Assembly: GCA_963707025.1 (NCBI GenBank)
Contig: CAVPOM010000009.1
Coordinates: forward strand, 128,001 to 192,000
DNA: 64,000 bases
From: an uncultured Verrucomicrobiae bacterium
GTDB lineage: Bacteria > Verrucomicrobiota > Verrucomicrobiia > Limisphaerales > Palsa-1400
Reading direction: 5' to 3'
Position numbers and translations under genes: made by a program. Position 1 is the stretch's first letter, and each line of letters opens with the position of its first letter. The notes below the pieces were generated by a model that was not told the origin of the DNA, did no database searches, and saw nothing but the letters and a program-made list of their open reading frames with translations. Positions 59,326 to 64,000 of this stretch are shown one piece after another.

Positions 59326-60421
59326 CTAACCGCTGGCGCCGTCGCCTTCTCCACGTTTTACGGCTTTTAGTTGATTGAGCAGAACGCGGGTCGGCTGGTT
59401 CAATTCCATTTTCAGCGCCGCCGCCGGCGGCACCCAGCAGAACTCCTGCGCCTCCTCGTTCAACTGCACCTCGCCCGGCCCGGCCACGCGGCAGGTATAA
59501 TTGAGCAACACAAAATGCGCCTCCCGGTAAAACTCTTTGGAACGCACGCAATCCTGCGCCAGGGCAAATTGAATCTCCGCGATTTCCAGGTTCGTTTCCT
59601 CCTTGATCTCGCGCCGCAGCGCCTCATCGGGACGTCTCGCCATATTTGATCTTCCCCCCCGGAATCCCCCACAACCCCGACCACTTTTGCGTTCGCACCA
59701 TCAGCGCCTCCCCGGCGGCGTTAAACACCAGCGCCCCCACCGTGCAAACCGGATGGCCCGGCCCTTGCGGGCCGTGGTCCGCGGAGCGCAATTCAAATTT
59801 CCGTCGCGCCAGGGTTTCGCGCAACTCTCCCAGATGTTCCACGATCAAGTCCGGTTCGCTCGCCCGCAATTGCTCCAGCCGGTTGTAACCCGTCAGTACC
59901 CCGCACGAAAAAAGCCCGCCCTGCCGGGCCGTTTCCATGTCATGCTGCATGTCCCCCACCAACAGCGTTTCCGCCGCCGCCAGCCGGTTGACCGCCAGCA
60001 CTTCCGCGATCTTGGCGCGCTTGTCCCACACCGCCAGATAGGCGCGTTCCATGAATTTATCGAAGCCATTGACCGCCGTTTGGGTCGCGTAATAATCCGG
60101 GTGAATGGTGCTCAGCACAAAGGAGCGAATCCCGCGTTCCCGGCAAAACGCCAAAAACTCCCGGGCGTGCGGCAGTTCCTCCACCGCCTGCCGCGCCCGG
60201 GTGAAATAGCCGTGAAAAGTCCGTTCCAACTCCGCCACCGGAACCCCCGGCAAAAAGCGGGCATAAAAACTTTCGAACGGCAGGCAAAACTCCGCGCGGA
60301 ACCGGTCCATGGTCAGCGGCGGCGCCCCGCACTTGGCAAACACATGATTCGTCGCCGCCAAAACCGCCGGCAAATCATCCACCAGCGTCCCCGACCAATC
60401 AAAGATGATGTTCCGAATCAC
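59326..60421 (-). pseudogene. HAD hydrolase-Nudix hydrolase fusion with a +1 frameshift at 59629-59631
   Basis: HAD motifs FDWSGTL and VGDMQHD. The Nudix box [24 protein letters not shown] is split across two frames. Confidence 0.8.
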
Positions 60422-60819
60422 TCTTCCAGCCTACCTTCCCACCCCAAACTGCAAAGTGCAAAATGCGCCGCAGCCCGCTTCGGGGTGATGGGGCGCGCCG
60501 TCCGGGCGCGCCGCGGCGGGCAGTGCCGTGTCCGCCTTTTCCCGGCCGCCCAAAACTGGCCGTTGGCAAAATTCGCCGCCCGTGCGGCGGGGCGATGTTC
60601 ATCTCCGGAAGTTCTGCCCGCCCTCAAAGGGAAGCCCTTGCTTATGCTTGACACTCGGCGGCGGGGCGGCGGCCGCCCGCGCCCGGAGTGTTTTTGCCGC
60701 CGCCTGCCTGAGCCTGGCGGCCCTGCCGCGGCTGGAGCGCGGGGGGCCGGGGGCGAAAAAATCCCAAAACCGGCAAATTTTTTTGTTGCATTCCGCCGGG
60801 AGACAGTCAATAAAGAGGC

Positions 60820-61095
60820 ATGGCAACAAAAACAAAAGCAAAACGTAAACCCAGCGCAGCGTTCATGAAACCGGTGACACCGGATGAAAAACTGGCCAAG
60901 GTGGTCGGCGCCGCCCCGCTCCCGCGGACGGAACTGACCAAAAAGCTTTGGGGTTATATCCGGAAGCACGGTTTGCAGGACAAGAAAGTCCGCACCCAAA
61001 TCAATGGTGACGAGAGCTTGCAAGCCGTTTTCAACGGCAAGAAGAGCGTCAGCATGTTCGAGATGACCAAGTTGGTCTCCGGCCACGTGAAGTAA
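60820..61095 (+). CDS. Stand-alone SWIB/MDM2 domain protein
   Basis: LAKVVG..PLPRTELTKKLWGYIRKHGLQD, VSMFEMTK. Confidence 0.9.
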   Translation: MATKTKAKRKPSAAFMKPVTPDEKLAKVVGAAPLPRTELTKKLWGYIRKHGLQDKKVRTQINGDESLQAVFNGKKSVSMFEMTKLVSGHVK

Positions 61096-61329
61096 ATCAC
61101 GCGGTTCACCAGCCTTGCCAAGCGTCCGGTCCCATGCCGGACGCTGGGGCGGTGCTACAGTCAATTCGCCCTGTTTGCGGCAATCAAAATGCCGCGAATT
61201 CAGGGCTTTTGAGGTTTGTAGTCGCAGTCTTGCGCCCTGTCCCGTCGCGCCGTTTCCATGCCAGGCACAACCGAGGTGTCCCTCAACCTCACGGGCGTGC
61301 CAGGGCAAGCCTTTGATTCCGTTTCGGTT

Positions 61330-61407
61330 AAATCGAAACGGGGTCCGGCCGTTGAGCGCGAACCGGACCCCGCCCAATCCGCACACGCGGATTGGTGAGA
61401 CACGCAA
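61330..61407 (-). ncRNA. Candidate sigma-54-dependent small RNA, copy 1
   Basis: Downstream of GG-N10-GC at 61432-61419. Hairpins CCAATCCGC/GCGGATTGG and CGGGGTCCGG/CCGGACCCCG, then a T-rich tail. Confidence 0.4.
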
Positions 61408-61575
61408 GTGTGAGTAGCGCAAGAAGCGTGCCGGATGCAGGTTTGCGAAAAAGAAGGAAACGGCGTCCGCTCGTTTAGCTTGAACCGGTCCCCGTCCCGT
61501 CCGCACCCGCGGATTGCCGGGGCACGCAGTTAGGAGTGAGGCAGGAAGTGTGCCGGGTCCGGTTTTGCCAAAAAG
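61335..61575. repeat. Tandem 122-bp non-coding duplication
   Basis: 61335-61453 vs 61457-61575: 90/119 identical by hand count, no indels. Confidence 0.9.
61448..61529 (-). ncRNA. Candidate sigma-54-dependent small RNA, copy 2
   Basis: Downstream of GG-N10-GC at 61554-61541. Homologous but weaker hairpins, tail TTTCCTTCTTTTT. Confidence 0.35.
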
Positions 61576-61615
61576 TTGCCGGGATTGAGAAAATGGCTTC
61601 ATCGGCGGAGGGTGG

Positions 61616-63199
61616 TTATGTTGTGGAGGTCAGACCAGAGGCGCCCCGGCGTCCTTCGCCGCGCCCCTTGTGATACATTTCCAAACGGCAATCGAACCCG
61701 CCAAAATCAACCGCCTGCCGGAATTGCAGTTGCAGCGAGGGATGGGGGGAGTCCACCGGCAGGGGATTGGCCAAGACCAGCCTCCCGCCGGGTCGAAGCA
61801 CGGTGGCGGCGGCATTAAAAAGGTCCTTGATAAGGCCGCGCAGATCGGCGATGGGAACGCGCCTGCCCATGGGAGGATTGGTGATGACCAGACTCACGCT
61901 GCCGGGTCCCAGGCCCGCGCTGGCGGCAAAATCACGAAAGTCACAGCAGGTGAATTCCATTGGCAGCGGGCCTGCCTCCGCGGCGGCAAAATTGCCCCGG
62001 GCGATGGCAATGGCGGCGGCGCTGCGGTCTGTGCCGTGGATGCGTTCCACCCCGCCGAGCAGCGCGCATTCGATGAGTTCCAAACCCGAGCCGCAAAACG
62101 GATCCCAGACGATTTCGTGCTCCACCCTTCCGGCCAGCCGGGCCATGCAGGCGGCCAGGGGAGGATGCGAGGCCGCCGGCACGTCCCGCCGGCGATAATA
62201 GAAACGGGGATCGGGCGTCAAGTTCGGGCGCAACTCCACCGAGTGCCCGCGCCCGGCCGGGTAAAGGTCCATGGTCCAGGTCACCTTCCGCCCGTCGTTG
62301 AGCATTTCCGGACACAGGGCAAAGACCCGTCCAGCCAGCAGGCGCACGGCGCTTCTCTGGTGGCCCTTGTCAATAAAATTTATTCGGTAGCGGATCGCGC
62401 CCCGGGTGAAAGCCTGCAACAGCCGCCGCGACAACGGCGAGGCCATGACCGCCGCCAGAGCCGCCGCGGACTCCGCCCGGCCGGCGGCGGGAGATGAGTC
62501 AAGCACAAATCCAACCGTGCCGAAGCAGCGCAGCCCATAGAGGTCCCCCAGGCTGAAGGGCGCCAGCGCCCGCAGCGCCACCAGCCCGCTGCCCACTCCG
62601 GCGAGGCCGAACTTCCCGCGCGCGCGGGGCGATTGTGCCACCTCATCCCGGACGATGGTCTCCAACCCCCGGCGGCCGCGCAGGTGGATGCGCAGACCGG
62701 CGAAATCGGCCAGCAGGCTGTCCAGGCGGACGGCGCTGGGACTTTCCCGGCGGGCCAGGCCGGCTTTGATCTTCTGCTCGGTTTGCCGGAGAACATCGGC
62801 CTCCCCCTGCCCCATCATTTGCAAGGTGGCCAGCCCGCCGATTTTCTCCAGAGTCCGCATCAGGAATTTCTTTTCGCGCGCGGAAGCGGCCGTCCGCAGC
62901 AAGCCAAGCAGTTCGGCTTCCTCCTCCGGGCCGGCGCCAATTTTGGGCAGCGCGGCCATGGCGTAGCGCCGAATCTTCTCGCCCGGATCATGCAGCAGGC
63001 CGCGCAGCCACCGCCGCACCGCCTCCTTCTGTTCCGGTGCGCCCGATTCGGCAAAGACCACCCCCACCGCGCGGATGACGGCCACCCTTTGGCTTCGTTC
63101 CCCGGCAGCGGCCCGGTCAAAGCGCGCCGCCTCCTGGTTCCAGAGCTGTGTCCAGGGCAAAAGGCGCAGTTGGCGGTAAAGTTCCTTCGTGTCCGGCAT
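61616..63199 (-). CDS. Putative RNA methyltransferase (RlmL/Trm14-like MTase domain) with an N-terminal HEAT-like region
   Basis: ASHPPLAACM, VWDPFCGSG..LIE, ITNPPMG. Confidence 0.75.
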   Translation of the reverse strand: MPDTKELYRQLRLLPWTQLWNQEAARFDRAAAGERSQRVAVIRAVGVVFAESGAPEQKEAVRRWLRGLLHDPGEKIRRYAMAALPKIGAGPEEEAELLGLLRTAASAREKKFLMRTLEKIGGLATLQMMGQGEADVLRQTEQKIKAGLARRESPSAVRLDSLLADFAGLRIHLRGRRGLETIVRDEVAQSPRARGKFGLAGVGSGLVALRALAPFSLGDLYGLRCFGTVGFVLDSSPAAGRAESAAALAAVMASPLSRRLLQAFTRGAIRYRINFIDKGHQRSAVRLLAGRVFALCPEMLNDGRKVTWTMDLYPAGRGHSVELRPNLTPDPRFYYRRRDVPAASHPPLAACMARLAGRVEHEIVWDPFCGSGLELIECALLGGVERIHGTDRSAAAIAIARGNFAAAEAGPLPMEFTCCDFRDFAASAGLGPGSVSLVITNPPMGRRVPIADLRGLIKDLFNAAATVLRPGGRLVLANPLPVDSPHPSLQLQFRQAVDFGGFDCRLEMYHKGRGEGRRGASGLTSTT

Positions 63200-63224
63200 A
63201 AAATGATGACTGGATGGAAACGGT

Positions 63225-63593
63225 TCAGGCAATAGGGTCATCGGGTTCGCCGCCACGCTCCGGCAGGCGGGCGAAGTAAAAACAGCCCGACGCCACCAGG
63301 ATGGACACGGCCGCGAGGATAAGGGCCTGCGTGGCGGGGCGCTTCAGGTCTTCCGTTAAATCATTCATCAACACGCCCAGTTTGCCGGAATTGATTTCGA
63401 TGGTGCGCTCCGCTGTCTTGTAAGCCCGCGCGGTGGACGGGTCAGCGGACAAATCCGCCGCCGGAGCGCCCGTCCAATAAACCAGCCCCGCGCCGGCCAG
63501 TCCCAGCAGCAGGACCAGCACGCCCGCCGTCCTGAGCCGCGCCCGTCGCTGGCCGGATGAATCCGGGCCGGGAGTTATGTTGTTCGCAGCCAT
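63225..63593 (-). CDS. Small two-TM hypothetical protein
   Basis: Two hydrophobic helices; directly upstream of the MTase. Confidence 0.6.
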   Translation of the reverse strand: MAANNITPGPDSSGQRRARLRTAGVLVLLLGLAGAGLVYWTGAPAADLSADPSTARAYKTAERTIEINSGKLGVLMNDLTEDLKRPATQALILAAVSILVASGCFYFARLPERGGEPDDPIA

Positions 63594-64000
63594 CTGATTT
63601 CTTCTGTTAAGGGGTCCGTCACGTCAGCGCCAGCCGGCGCAGCGCATCCGGGACGCAAGCAAGCCATGCCCCCCCGGTGGTGTCTAACTGAAAACTACTG
63701 AAATTAACTGAAATTGGCCGGGCGGGTTTTGGTCTGCGAAATACTGGAACGCTGGAGGAGTGGTGGAGTGGTGGAGTGATGGAGTCATGGGCACGGTGGT
63801 TCAAAAAAACACCTTGATTAGGCTTGATTGGGCTTAATGGGGCCTGGTTGGCAAAACTTGTTTTTGTGTGTAAATACTTCATGGGAAGGCACTTGGGTTT
63901 ATTTTTAGGTTTCTCGCTGTTTTCGGTGGAATGACAAGCGGTGTTTGGAGAGTCATCAATGGTTTTGACAATCCCAACGGGATTGAAGCTTGCAGCCCAA

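Noticed and set aside
61096..61615. 6S RNA, RNase P RNA, tmRNA or SRP RNA
   Set aside because: Their hallmark motifs were not found. The tandem promoter-hairpin units explain the region better than the single 10-bp long-range pairing (61248-61257 with 61456-61465).

Overview
Bacterial chromosomal window, GC-rich. Gene content and repeat style suggest Verrucomicrobiota or another PVC lineage (inference). It has two parts. (1) From about 2.6 to 18.3 kb is a decayed accessory island. It contains a tRNA-Cys-derived att junction beside a truncated integrase, an orphan AbiEi-like antitoxin, and a fully delimited 3,679-bp IS21-family element (TG..CA ends, 7-bp target duplication) carrying two accessory genes and an Imm35 immunity passenger. 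It also holds an IS66 remnant, two near-identical IS3 copies that destroyed a Septu/PtuAB-like defence pair, a PadR operon whose membrane protein has a SecY-plug-like segment, and a TGTAACG repeat cluster. (2) From about 18.4 to 64 kb is mostly core genome: a fluoride-riboswitch-controlled antiporter/USP operon, pilT, transporters, bioB, dnaB-bamA-skp-clpB, pheA, scpAB and a SWIB gene. This part is punctuated by small defence islets (AccI-family R-M with a controller, two MNT-HEPN pairs, VapBC, SMI1/KNR4). The most unusual non-coding signal is a tandem 122-bp unit at 61.3-61.6 kb in which each copy looks like a sigma-54 promoter plus a short hairpin RNA and terminator. Several genes carry single-base +1 insertions that may be assembly errors. 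All calls come from reading the sequence; no database searches were run.
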